The notes under the pieces are model-generated. The model saw only the letters and a program-made list of their open reading frames with translations, was not told the DNA's origin and did not search any database. Of a DNA stretch of 64,000 nucleotides, positions 1 through 10,359 are shown one piece after another. Both the position numbers and the translations under genes were made by a program. Source of the stretch: a virus; IMG/VR virus record IMGVR_UViG_3300026076_000002; one strand, 5' to 3'. Each line of letters begins with the position of its first letter. The stretch's first letter is position 1.

Positions 1-2
1 TT

Positions 3-302
3 AAAAAAGCAGTCCAGAATCTTGTTCGTACCCAAATAGGGGAAGTATTCTTTGATGAATTGCTTGGCACTAATGTAACTGGATCATTATTTGAGTTAGC
101 AACAAGGGATCTTATAGATCCACTAGAAACACAGATTCAACTGGTAATACAGAATAATGAACCAAGGGTAGATCTTAAATCAGTAAGGGTTACATCAAAA
201 CCTGATGATAATTTATTAAACATTGAGATACGTTATGACATAGTTGGTCTATCACTTCCTACTCAAACTGTTTCGTTCGTATTAGAACCGACTAGACTAT
301 AA
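3..302 (+). CDS. g25: baseplate wedge subunit gp25 (5'-truncated by window)
   Basis: Frame is open from base 3 (KKAVQNLVRTQIGEVFFDELLG...IQNNEPRV), a gp25-type motif; lies directly before g6 with a TAATG overlap. Confidence 0.9.
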   Translation, partial: KKAVQNLVRTQIGEVFFDELLGTNVTGSLFELATRDLIDPLETQIQLVIQNNEPRVDLKSVRVTSKPDDNLLNIEIRYDIVGLSLPTQTVSFVLEPTRL

Positions 303-2182
303 TGGCACTACAACAGTTCACAAACTTAAACTACGAGGACATTAAGACCTCGATAAAGGATTATCTACGGGAGAACTCCAACTTCACGGATTTCGACTTT
401 GAAGGTTCTAACCTTTCAGTACTTATCAATACTTTAGCGTATAACACATATATTACAGCATATAACACCAACATGGTTGTTAATGAGTCATTTATAGACT
501 CTGCAACGCTCCGTGAGAACGTTGTTTCCCTTGCACGTAACATTGGGTATGTTCCACGTTCTAAACGTGCTGCAAAGGCAACTGTGTCGTTTCAGTTAGC
601 AGGTATATCTTCATCAACTAAGACTATTGAAATACAACCAGGTTTAATATCAAATTCAGACGTACAAGACACAACCTTCTTATTTTCTATTCCTGATAAG
701 ATTACTTTACCAGTATTAGAAGGAGAATCGTTTGGTGAGTTTGATATATTCCAAGGGCAGTATCTAGAAAACGCATGGACAGTAAATAACTCACTTGAGT
801 CTGAAAGATATGTTTTACCGAATGATAGTATTGATACTTCAACGTTAAGAGTAACAGTTCAAGAATCAGGTACATCTACTGTTGAAGAACAGTACACAAT
901 GGTTGATAATATTGTTGGTGTTACTTCTACTTCTAATATCTTCTTGATTCAAGAGACTTCTGATGAAAGATATGAGTTGTTATTTGGAGATGGTGTCTTT
1001 GGTAAGAAACTACCAAATGGTGCAATTGTTAGAGCATCTTATATTAAGACTCAGGGTAGAGCAGCAAATGGTGCTGTTGGATTCAGGTTTGTTGGTCAGA
1101 TAAGGGATGATAACGGTGCTAAGTTAAATAATATCGATCCTTTGTTGGATACTGTATCTCAGGCAGAAAATGGAGATGATATTGAGTCATTACAATCGGT
1201 TAAGTATTATGCACCAAGGTTGTATAGTTCTCAGCATAGAGCAGTTACCGCAACTGACTACGAAGCAATCATTCCTTCAATCTATCCTAATATCCACTCA
1301 GTCAGTGCCTATGGTGGAGAAGAACTTGACCCACCGCAATATGGTAGGGTATTCATTGCTGCAAAACCCAGAAACGGTAGTTACCTGTCCGACTATACTA
1401 AAAAGCAACTATTAAAGTCTTTAAGGAGTTATACCGTTGCTGGTATTGTTCCTATGTTCATAGATCTTAAATTCTTATATGTTGAGATCGATAGTTACGT
1501 TTATTATAATACTAATTTCATTGGAGATCCAGATAGTTTAAAAGCATCCATATATAACAACTTAACTCAGTATGCAGTTGAATCTGAGGTCAACCAGTTT
1601 GGTGGTAGATTCAAATACTCCAAGATTCAGACTCTAATTGATAATGTTAATAGTTCTATCACTTCTAACATTACTATGGTTAGAATGAGGAGGAATTTAG
1701 TTGCAAAAGTTAATCAGTTTGCACAATATGAATTGTGCTTTGGAAATGAGTTCTATTGTGGTAATGATACTTACAATATTAAGTCTACTGGATTTACTGT
1801 TAGTACATTCAGTGGAACTTGCTATTTTTCCGATTCTAAGATAGAAGGAACCTCAAAAGGCAACTTATTCTTGTTTAGAAAGAAGACAGATGATGAAATA
1901 GAGATCTTAAGTACTAAGTTTGGTACTATTGACTATCAGAAGGGTGAAGTGCTTATAGATACTGTCAATATTACATCTACTGTCAAATCCAACAATATCA
2001 TTGAGGTTCAGGCAGTTCCATTATCTAATGATGTACTTGCAAGACAGGAATTGTATTTGCAACTTGATGCATCCAATAGCAACATCTATATGAGGCAAGA
2101 TGTTATTTCTTCTGGTAGAAATACATCTGGTACTAGATTTGATGTTCAATCTTCCTATCAAAACGGCAGCAAAACTCGATAA
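302..2182 (+). CDS. g6: baseplate wedge subunit gp6
   Basis: FTDFDFEGSNLSVLIN, ESFIDSATLRENVVSLARNIGY and RAVTATDYEAI motifs. Confidence 0.95.
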   Translation: MALQQFTNLNYEDIKTSIKDYLRENSNFTDFDFEGSNLSVLINTLAYNTYITAYNTNMVVNESFIDSATLRENVVSLARNIGYVPRSKRAAKATVSFQLAGISSSTKTIEIQPGLISNSDVQDTTFLFSIPDKITLPVLEGESFGEFDIFQGQYLENAWTVNNSLESERYVLPNDSIDTSTLRVTVQESGTSTVEEQYTMVDNIVGVTSTSNIFLIQETSDERYELLFGDGVFGKKLPNGAIVRASYIKTQGRAANGAVGFRFVGQIRDDNGAKLNNIDPLLDTVSQAENGDDIESLQSVKYYAPRLYSSQHRAVTATDYEAIIPSIYPNIHSVSAYGGEELDPPQYGRVFIAAKPRNGSYLSDYTKKQLLKSLRSYTVAGIVPMFIDLKFLYVEIDSYVYYNTNFIGDPDSLKASIYNNLTQYAVESEVNQFGGRFKYSKIQTLIDNVNSSITSNITMVRMRRNLVAKVNQFAQYELCFGNEFYCGNDTYNIKSTGFTVSTFSGTCYFSDSKIEGTSKGNLFLFRKKTDDEIEILSTKFGTIDYQKGEVLIDTVNITSTVKSNNIIEVQAVPLSNDVLARQELYLQLDASNSNIYMRQDVISSGRNTSGTRFDVQSSYQNGSKTR

Positions 2183-5100
2183 TGATAGAAACTTCAATAT
2201 ACAAGGTAAAAATCAATGATGTTGTTCAGAGCCAAATTCCTGAACACATCAATACCGATAATCCATTATTTGCTGAATTTTTAAAGCAATATTACATATC
2301 ACAAGAATTTCAAGGTGGTACTGTAGACATTGCTGATAATTTAGTTGAGTATAAAGGATTATCTCGTATTACTAACGAGAATCTTGTTGGAGTCACCAGT
2401 TTGACTGCATATGTCGATGGTCGTTCTGATACTATCAATGTTCAGTCAACTAAAGGTTGGCCTGAGCAATGGGGTCTTCTAAAGATTAATAATGAGGTAA
2501 TAACCTACACAGGAATCACAACTAACTCCTTTATGGGTTGTGTTCGTGGTTTTAGTGCTATTGAGAAGAATGAGACTACTAATAAACCAGAATTTTTAAC
2601 ATTTACATCAACTGGTATTGGTACTCATGCTAATGAAGCACAAGTTACCAATTTAAGCAATATCTTCCTAAAAGAGTTCTTAAGGAAGTTAAAGATACAA
2701 GTATTACCTGGATTTGAAGAAAGAGGACTATTTGGTGAGTTGGATGAAGCAAATTTCATCAGACAGGCAAAAGACTTCTATGCAACTAAAGGAACACCCG
2801 AAGCATTCGATATTCTCTTCAGAGTTCTCTATAATGAAGATGTTGACTTAGTACAACCACAAAAATACTTATTCAAACCTTCTGATGCCGATTTCATTAG
2901 AAATACGGTTCTTTTGTGTACTTTGGTTAATGGAGACCCACGTAGAATCTCTGGAGAAACATTATTCCAAGATACGACCCCAATACAGTCATCTGCTGCA
3001 ATTTATGATATAGAAGAGTATGTAATCAATAAAAAACGTTATTATAAAGTTTCTTTATCAACAGATACAATAATTGGTAATTTTGAACCAATTAAGAAGA
3101 CTTACATCACAGAATTTGGTGCTTTAAGTACAGACATCTTAAATGTCGATTCTACGGTTGGATTTGCTAGTGAAGGCGTTTTAAAATTTGGTGGAGACAG
3201 ATTAACGTATGGTGCAAAGAGTTATACTCAATTTAGGGATATTAAAGGATTATCAAGCACTGCTGGTATAGGATCGACTGTAAGTTCAGGTTTGAACGTA
3301 TATTCTTATGAAGAAGGTGATTTAAGCAATAGAGTCGAATTACAAGTCGTAGAAGTCTTAAATGACTTTACTGGAGTTGCTCAGAACCAAAATGTCGGAT
3401 CTGAGATTAATGTTAGAAGTTTAGGTCTTGAAAAGGACGAATTGCGTTATAATGCTTGGATTTACAATACACCTTCCAAATATTCTATATTTAAAATTGA
3501 TTTAGTGTCACCTGGCACATATGAGTTAATATTGGAAAATAAGAACCAATTATACGTTGATGACAATATAACTGTATATGACATTAATACTGATACTCCA
3601 GTTCCCGCAAAGGTCACAAGTATCATAAGTGACCTAGTTATTCGGATTAATGCTGGTACACTCGATTTAACCAGAAATCATTACCTTAGAAGAAATTTAA
3701 AGACAACTAACACATATACTGCTGATGTTCAGAATACTTATTCAAAAGGAACTGATTTATACGTTGCATCAAATAGTATTCCACATTGGGAAATAAATGC
3801 CGATAATAAGATAAGAACATTTAATAACAGTCAAACTGGACAAACGATTAATATAAGTCAGCATAATTTCACTACTGGTGAATTAGTCGTATATGAGCAT
3901 ATTAGTGACTGGGATAGTAGTGTAGGTCTGAATACTGCACAAGGTTACTATGTTAAGAAGATAAACGACAATCAGATCAAATTAGCATCTACACAAGAGA
4001 ATGTTAGGAGTGGTGAGTATATTGATGTATTCAGTGTAATAGCTGGTGTATCAACCCATAGACTAACACCGTTTAATCTATATGGTCATACTCTAGGTGG
4101 GCAAAAATTATTCAAGAGAATACCTATACCAACCTATCCACCTATCCCATCTTCTACAGGTAAGAAATCTGTAGCATCTGAAGGTGCTATTGGTTTATTT
4201 GCCAATGGTGTTGAGATTGTATCTTACAAGTCACCAGATAAAGTATACTTTGGTGCTATAGACTCTGTAAGCGTTCTAAACAACGGAGAAGGTTATGATG
4301 TCGTAAATCCACCTAGACTGTCTGTAAGGGAAAATATCAGTGGTGTAGGGGCATCTGTATATGCTCATGTAAGTGGTGAAGTTGTTGATGTTATTGTAGA
4401 TAATGAAGGTGTCGATTACTTAGATACACCTATCGTATCAATCACTGGTGGCGGTGGTCAAGGATACGCTGAAGCAAAGATGAAAAGAGTTCCACATGAA
4501 GCAGTCTTTAATAGTGCTTCTGTTGGTGGGGTTGTTAGTACAGAAGATAATACATTTACCTTTAAAACTCCACATGGATTCCATGTTGGTGAAGAGTTAA
4601 TCTATTCTACTCAAGATACTACACCAATTGGTATAGGCACAACTCCTGGTAATTTGGTAGATAAAGCATCATATTTTGCTATACCAAATCCTAATGATGA
4701 CTTTAAGATGACCATTACTGATAGTAAGAATAATTCTCTTGCTGGTATTGGTACTATAGACATCACACAGAATGGTATTGGATACCATATATTTGAAACT
4801 AGAGAAAGAAGATTGAAGGTTGATAAGGTTAGAATTATAGATGGTGGTAGATTCTATAATAAAGAAAATACATTAAGAGTACCAAATCCAACTGTAGATC
4901 ATAGGATTAATAAGTATACCAATGTAATCTATGTCCCTAATCATGGATATGCTGATAAGGATGAGATCCAGTATGTATGTGACGATCCTATAAGTGGTCT
5001 AGACAATAAAGGTCTTTATACTGTAGAGAAATTAGATGATGATAACTTTAAACTTGGTGTAGATTTTGGTACTGTAACTGCTGGTATTCATACCTTTAGG

Positions 5101-8100
5101 TATGCTCCTATTGAAGTTACTATCAAAGGTAGACAAGGTATATCTACAGACCCTGCATCAGCATCACCTATTATTCGTGGTTCTATAGATCATATTCATA
5201 TCATAGATGGTGGTAAGAACTATGGTTCTACCGTTATGAACGATAACTTTAGAGTTCCTATTGATATTATTAAAGGTAGTGGTGCATTGCTGAGACCATA
5301 TGTTGTTAATGGTAGAATAGAGCAAATCTTTGTTAAGGATGGTGGTAAGGATTGGTATAGTATTCCAGATATCATTATTGAAGGAACTGGATATGGTGCT
5401 AAAGCAAGAGGAAGAGTTAATAATGGAAAATTAGTCGGTGTTGATATTATTGACAAAGGTGGTAACTATCAACAATCTAATACATTCGTAAGAGCAGAAA
5501 CACCAGGTAAGAACAGTATTCTTTCCAGTAATATTAACTCATGGACTCTTGATGAAGTAGATAGACATTATGATATGGTTGGTGATGATGATGGATATAT
5601 TGATACACCAACTAAGAGTGCTTATGGTTCTAAGTATGTTAACTACTATGCTCCTAAGAAATTAAGAGAATTCTTAGGTGATGATAATAATGGACATTCT
5701 CCTATTTTAGGTTATGCCTATGATGGAAACCCAATATATGGTCCTATTGCAAATCATAATGTAGATGGAACTGGTGGATTAAGGTTAATGAAGTCCAGTT
5801 ATGCACTTCAGAATTTTGGAATTAGAATTAATGGACCTGATTATACAGAGTATCCAGCAGGGGCATTTGTAGAAGACTATGCTTATGTTGAAAATTATGG
5901 AGATCTTGATGAGCATAATGGTAGATTCTCTATTACACCAGAGTATCCAAATGGAATCTATGCTTACCATGTGACAGTTAAAGAGTCTCAAGGTGATCTA
6001 GTTCCTGTATTCCCATATGTTATTGGTCATACTTATCATTCAGATCCAGTATTATTCAATTATGGTTTCTTCTCCAATCAGGAAATAGACCCAGGTTCAT
6101 TAGGTCTATTGAAGAATACTCTTCCATATAACCTAAAAGAATATGAGTTCTCAGGTCCTGCTAATCGTGGAACAGAGACTAACTCAAGGATTATTAAGGT
6201 TAGTGAAGGTGGTATTGAGAAACTTGATATATTTGAGTCTGGATTAGATTACACAGTCGGGGATAGGGTAGTATTTGATAATGAAGGTACAAATGGATTT
6301 GGTGCTTTAGCAAAAGTTTCTAGAATAGAAGGTGTTGGTATTACTACCGTAACATCATCTATCAATGAATTGCTTGATGTTGAACTAATACCAATGGGTA
6401 AAAAAGTCCTTGGTATCACTACAATTCCACACGGTCTGAATGATGGATATTATATCAATGTTACAAATACAAACTTCCCTGACCTTGAAGGTAGATTCCA
6501 AATAGATTTAGAGTACGTTTCATCCTTCCTATTGGAAGAAATACAACCTAGTGGTCTTACTACATCTGTATCTACAAGTGATGATGTACATAAGAAGTTT
6601 AGGGTAGATGATATACTACAAATAGATGCTGAGAAATTTAAGGTACTAGATCTAGACCTCAAGAACAATAAGTTAGTATTAGAAAGAACACTTCTAGGTA
6701 CTGCTGGTGCTGCACATACTTATAGATCTAAGATTGAAAGACTAGAAAAAGAATTTACTTATGAAGTACCAAGAAAACTAAACTTTAGTACACCTACAAA
6801 CTACATTAGATACTTTGATGCTGCTAACTCAGTTGGTGTTGGTTTAACTGTTGGTATTTCTACTCTTGGTATTACTAGCACTGGTGTTGGTATAGGAAGT
6901 TATGTTTCTATTGTAGCAGCAGGTAATACTACTAAACCATTCTTTGTACCTGCTGGTGGTATATACATTCCTGGCAACTCATTCCTCAATAATGAGGAAT
7001 GTAAGTATAGTCCTGGTGCTGGTACTTCTTTAACATATTCTCCAGATGGTGTACAGCAACAACCACTACCAAGTACTGTTTATATTTCTCAGATAGGAAA
7101 TAATATCGTTGGTATCAAGACTGAACCTACTGGAAGTCCTGTACTATTCAATGGTAATATTGGTATTGGTAATTCACATAGTCTTAAGACTAATAGAGCA
7201 GTTGGATTAGGAACTGTACAATCATTTGAGATTACAGTTACTACAGACAAAGAACATGGTATGAGACCAGGTGATGATATTGATTTAACCTTGGTTTCTG
7301 CTGCATCAAGTTCTGTATATGCTGGTTATAGTGCTGGATCTAGATTTGTAGATGTTGATGGTGTTAATAACCCTAGAATATCTGTAACTAAGGGTGATAC
7401 ATTAAGATTCTTAACTCATTCACCAACTCTTACAGATACTAAGATTGAATTTTTCTTAGATCCATTCTTTACACAAAGATTCTATGGTTCTGCTTTAGAT
7501 GCTATTGAAATAACCAATGTTGGTGTTGCAGGTGATAATAAAGAATTTGAAACATACACAGATATTCATTTTAGTGAGAATGTACCTGATTTCTTATTCT
7601 ATAAATTTGAATCTAATAATCCTACAAAGATAATTGAAGTAGATGTAGACCAATCCGAATATGGTAAGATTGTTGTTAGTCCAAGTAGGTTCTCTGGTAA
7701 ACATTCTTTATCTACAACTACATCTAACACATTTACTTACAATATATTTGATTGTCAGGAACGTATTGGATATAGTACAGATTCTACAATATCATATACC
7801 ACTACATCAGAAAATACTATAGGACCTATTGCCAAGGTTGATATGCTTAACCAAGGTAAGGGTTATGTTTCTATACCTAACGTAGAAGTTGAATCTGATA
7901 CTGGTAATGGTGCTGACCTTATACCATTTGGTACTAAGATTGGTGATTTACAAAGAGTTGATATTGAAGAGTATGGATATGATTATCCAACTGATAAGAC
8001 AATGCAACCACAGGCAGTTGTTCCTGATGTAATTACATTAAGAGACAATTTCCAGTTAGATTCTGTTGGTATTGTAACAGGTGGTAAGAATTATTTGATA

Positions 8101-10359
8101 GCACCTGATTTAGTTGTATACAACACTAAACAAGACGTATTACAACCTGAAGCAGCAGTAAGATGTGAGTTAGTAGGTAATTCTGTAGGAGAAGTTGAAA
8201 TTACTGCCAATGGTGGATCTATGGAATCCACTGATAATGTACTATTCCCTGTCAATAACAGTAACGGTGTTGGTATTGTATCAGCAGCATATGCAGCACC
8301 ATATGTAACACTACGTCTTAAAACTCCTCAGTCTGGATTTACTACAGAGTTCCCAGTACCATTTACTATAGGTGATAAGGTATTTGTTGAGAATATAGGT
8401 GTATCTTCAGGTCATGGTTATAACTCACAGGATTATGCTTTCCAATACTTTACTCTAACTGGTGTTTCAACAGCATTTGGTATGTTGGATCAAGCAACTG
8501 TAACCTATGAAGTTGATACAGACCCAGGTGATCATGATGCTCAACAGTATGGTTCTGTTGTTAAGAAGAGTGATATGGCATCCTTTGATATAAAATTGAA
8601 GGAAGCACAGTTCTATAATGGTGAAGAAATATACACTAAGAAGGCATCTAATAATTGTATTCGTGGTGATGGAAACTTAACTAATGTTCTTAGAGTTGAT
8701 AGTATAGTAGGTTTTAATACTGGAGATCAAATTAGAGGTAAAGTATCTCAAGCATCTGCATACATTAAGGGTATGCAGTCCTTTACAGGTAATTTTGATA
8801 CAGGTGTTTCTATTATTCGTAATTCTGATTGGGAACGTGATACTGGTAAGTTAAATGAATACTTCCAGAGAATACAAAACAGTGATTACTACCAGCAGTT
8901 TGCATACTCATTGAAGTCTAGAGTTGGTATTAGTAGTTGGGATGAACCAGTTGATTCACTGGCACATATTGCTGGATTTAAAAAGCATAGTGATCTTTTA
9001 ATACCATCTATTGCTGGTGTTGCTGGATCTATCACAATGACAGATCAAGTGAAGACACCATCTACTATCTTCCTTGATAATGAGGCACATATTAACTGCC
9101 ATTACAACTATGATTCAGTATATGAAATTACTAATGATACTGAGACTAAATCTGATGAGATTGTCTTTAAGTCTCTTAAGTTTGGTAATTCATTAATGTG
9201 TGATGGTAACAGGGTTCTTGAGATTGATGACATATCACCTCAGTTCTATAATGACCCTGCTATTAAGAGAAATATTGAAATTGATACTTTAAATTTAGGT
9301 TCATTTAATGCTATCAAATATTTTGCACAAATAGTTGTTACACCATCAACTATGCTTCAGTCTAATGAGACTCAGTATATTGAGTTTGTAATTAGTGCTG
9401 ATGATACAGTTGCTTTCAATAACCAGTATTCAACTTTATCCGATGCATTTAATCTTGGAACATTCTATACAGAAACTATAGGAGATCTAGTATCAGTTAG
9501 ATTTAGTCCATTCAATTCTGTATTAACTTATGATATTACCTTCTATAAGGAGATAATGACTATAGCAACTGGTGTTGGTGCAACATCATTTGGTGGTGCT
9601 CTTAAGTCAGGTAACACTACTAATGTCCCTGCTAATACAAGTCGCAATTTATTGTCCGTAAATGCTATGGACTTTAAGTGTGGTCAGGTATTAGTTGCAG
9701 CATCTGGTAATGGTAAGAAGGAAGTTGTAGAAAGTACCTTTATTGGTATTGGTTCTACAGCACATTTTGTTAACTATGCAGAAATGGATAGTGATGGTAC
9801 TGATCTAGGTGACTTTAGTATTAATATCGATGGTAATAATCAAATCCTATTAGACTGGCAGTCTAATGTAGCATATGCAGCAACTGTATCTGCATTAGCA
9901 TCATTCATAGGAGTTGGACAAACTTATAATAATTCAACAACAGGTATTCAGACTTCTAGGTATCAGGTTGGTGATTCTGTATTACATACTTCATATACAG
10001 AGATAGCACAAAGTCCTTCTAGCAGTATAGAAACCATTGAAACTATGGGATTCAATGATTTCACTTCTTGGAGATTACTTGTTAACATCGAAAACGTAAC
10101 TGATGGTGAACAGTCTGTATTCAATATGGCAGTCAACACCTTTGAAGGTGATGCTAACTGGAATAGGTATGGTTTAGTATCAACTGGTTCGTCAGACCCC
10201 AAGCGTGACCTACTAAATACGGAGATACAGGTCTCTGGTTCAAACTGCCTACTTAGGTTTACTCCAAGAGACAATATTGACTACATTATACGGACATCAC
10301 AGATCAGGATAACTAAACCTGATGGTATACCTTTCGATACTGTAAAAACACTAAGCTAA
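2182..10359 (+). CDS. g7: giant gp7-like baseplate wedge initiator / virion protein with YHYH-type domain (2725 aa)
   Basis: N-terminal FIRQAKDFYATKGT..FDILFRVLY motif; position between g6 and g8; GHSPILGYAYDGNPIYGP..DLDEHNGR..YAYH segment. Confidence 0.75.
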   Translation: MIETSIYKVKINDVVQSQIPEHINTDNPLFAEFLKQYYISQEFQGGTVDIADNLVEYKGLSRITNENLVGVTSLTAYVDGRSDTINVQSTKGWPEQWGLLKINNEVITYTGITTNSFMGCVRGFSAIEKNETTNKPEFLTFTSTGIGTHANEAQVTNLSNIFLKEFLRKLKIQVLPGFEERGLFGELDEANFIRQAKDFYATKGTPEAFDILFRVLYNEDVDLVQPQKYLFKPSDADFIRNTVLLCTLVNGDPRRISGETLFQDTTPIQSSAAIYDIEEYVINKKRYYKVSLSTDTIIGNFEPIKKTYITEFGALSTDILNVDSTVGFASEGVLKFGGDRLTYGAKSYTQFRDIKGLSSTAGIGSTVSSGLNVYSYEEGDLSNRVELQVVEVLNDFTGVAQNQNVGSEINVRSLGLEKDELRYNAWIYNTPSKYSIFKIDLVSPGTYELILENKNQLYVDDNITVYDINTDTPVPAKVTSIISDLVIRINAGTLDLTRNHYLRRNLKTTNTYTADVQNTYSKGTDLYVASNSIPHWEINADNKIRTFNNSQTGQTINISQHNFTTGELVVYEHISDWDSSVGLNTAQGYYVKKINDNQIKLASTQENVRSGEYIDVFSVIAGVSTHRLTPFNLYGHTLGGQKLFKRIPIPTYPPIPSSTGKKSVASEGAIGLFANGVEIVSYKSPDKVYFGAIDSVSVLNNGEGYDVVNPPRLSVRENISGVGASVYAHVSGEVVDVIVDNEGVDYLDTPIVSITGGGGQGYAEAKMKRVPHEAVFNSASVGGVVSTEDNTFTFKTPHGFHVGEELIYSTQDTTPIGIGTTPGNLVDKASYFAIPNPNDDFKMTITDSKNNSLAGIGTIDITQNGIGYHIFETRERRLKVDKVRIIDGGRFYNKENTLRVPNPTVDHRINKYTNVIYVPNHGYADKDEIQYVCDDPISGLDNKGLYTVEKLDDDNFKLGVDFGTVTAGIHTFRYAPIEVTIKGRQGISTDPASASPIIRGSIDHIHIIDGGKNYGSTVMNDNFRVPIDIIKGSGALLRPYVVNGRIEQIFVKDGGKDWYSIPDIIIEGTGYGAKARGRVNNGKLVGVDIIDKGGNYQQSNTFVRAETPGKNSILSSNINSWTLDEVDRHYDMVGDDDGYIDTPTKSAYGSKYVNYYAPKKLREFLGDDNNGHSPILGYAYDGNPIYGPIANHNVDGTGGLRLMKSSYALQNFGIRINGPDYTEYPAGAFVEDYAYVENYGDLDEHNGRFSITPEYPNGIYAYHVTVKESQGDLVPVFPYVIGHTYHSDPVLFNYGFFSNQEIDPGSLGLLKNTLPYNLKEYEFSGPANRGTETNSRIIKVSEGGIEKLDIFESGLDYTVGDRVVFDNEGTNGFGALAKVSRIEGVGITTVTSSINELLDVELIPMGKKVLGITTIPHGLNDGYYINVTNTNFPDLEGRFQIDLEYVSSFLLEEIQPSGLTTSVSTSDDVHKKFRVDDILQIDAEKFKVLDLDLKNNKLVLERTLLGTAGAAHTYRSKIERLEKEFTYEVPRKLNFSTPTNYIRYFDAANSVGVGLTVGISTLGITSTGVGIGSYVSIVAAGNTTKPFFVPAGGIYIPGNSFLNNEECKYSPGAGTSLTYSPDGVQQQPLPSTVYISQIGNNIVGIKTEPTGSPVLFNGNIGIGNSHSLKTNRAVGLGTVQSFEITVTTDKEHGMRPGDDIDLTLVSAASSSVYAGYSAGSRFVDVDGVNNPRISVTKGDTLRFLTHSPTLTDTKIEFFLDPFFTQRFYGSALDAIEITNVGVAGDNKEFETYTDIHFSENVPDFLFYKFESNNPTKIIEVDVDQSEYGKIVVSPSRFSGKHSLSTTTSNTFTYNIFDCQERIGYSTDSTISYTTTSENTIGPIAKVDMLNQGKGYVSIPNVEVESDTGNGADLIPFGTKIGDLQRVDIEEYGYDYPTDKTMQPQAVVPDVITLRDNFQLDSVGIVTGGKNYLIAPDLVVYNTKQDVLQPEAAVRCELVGNSVGEVEITANGGSMESTDNVLFPVNNSNGVGIVSAAYAAPYVTLRLKTPQSGFTTEFPVPFTIGDKVFVENIGVSSGHGYNSQDYAFQYFTLTGVSTAFGMLDQATVTYEVDTDPGDHDAQQYGSVVKKSDMASFDIKLKEAQFYNGEEIYTKKASNNCIRGDGNLTNVLRVDSIVGFNTGDQIRGKVSQASAYIKGMQSFTGNFDTGVSIIRNSDWERDTGKLNEYFQRIQNSDYYQQFAYSLKSRVGISSWDEPVDSLAHIAGFKKHSDLLIPSIAGVAGSITMTDQVKTPSTIFLDNEAHINCHYNYDSVYEITNDTETKSDEIVFKSLKFGNSLMCDGNRVLEIDDISPQFYNDPAIKRNIEIDTLNLGSFNAIKYFAQIVVTPSTMLQSNETQYIEFVISADDTVAFNNQYSTLSDAFNLGTFYTETIGDLVSVRFSPFNSVLTYDITFYKEIMTIATGVGATSFGGALKSGNTTNVPANTSRNLLSVNAMDFKCGQVLVAASGNGKKEVVESTFIGIGSTAHFVNYAEMDSDGTDLGDFSINIDGNNQILLDWQSNVAYAATVSALASFIGVGQTYNNSTTGIQTSRYQVGDSVLHTSYTEIAQSPSSSIETIETMGFNDFTSWRLLVNIENVTDGEQSVFNMAVNTFEGDANWNRYGLVSTGSSDPKRDLLNTEIQVSGSNCLLRFTPRDNIDYIIRTSQIRITKPDGIPFDTVKTLS

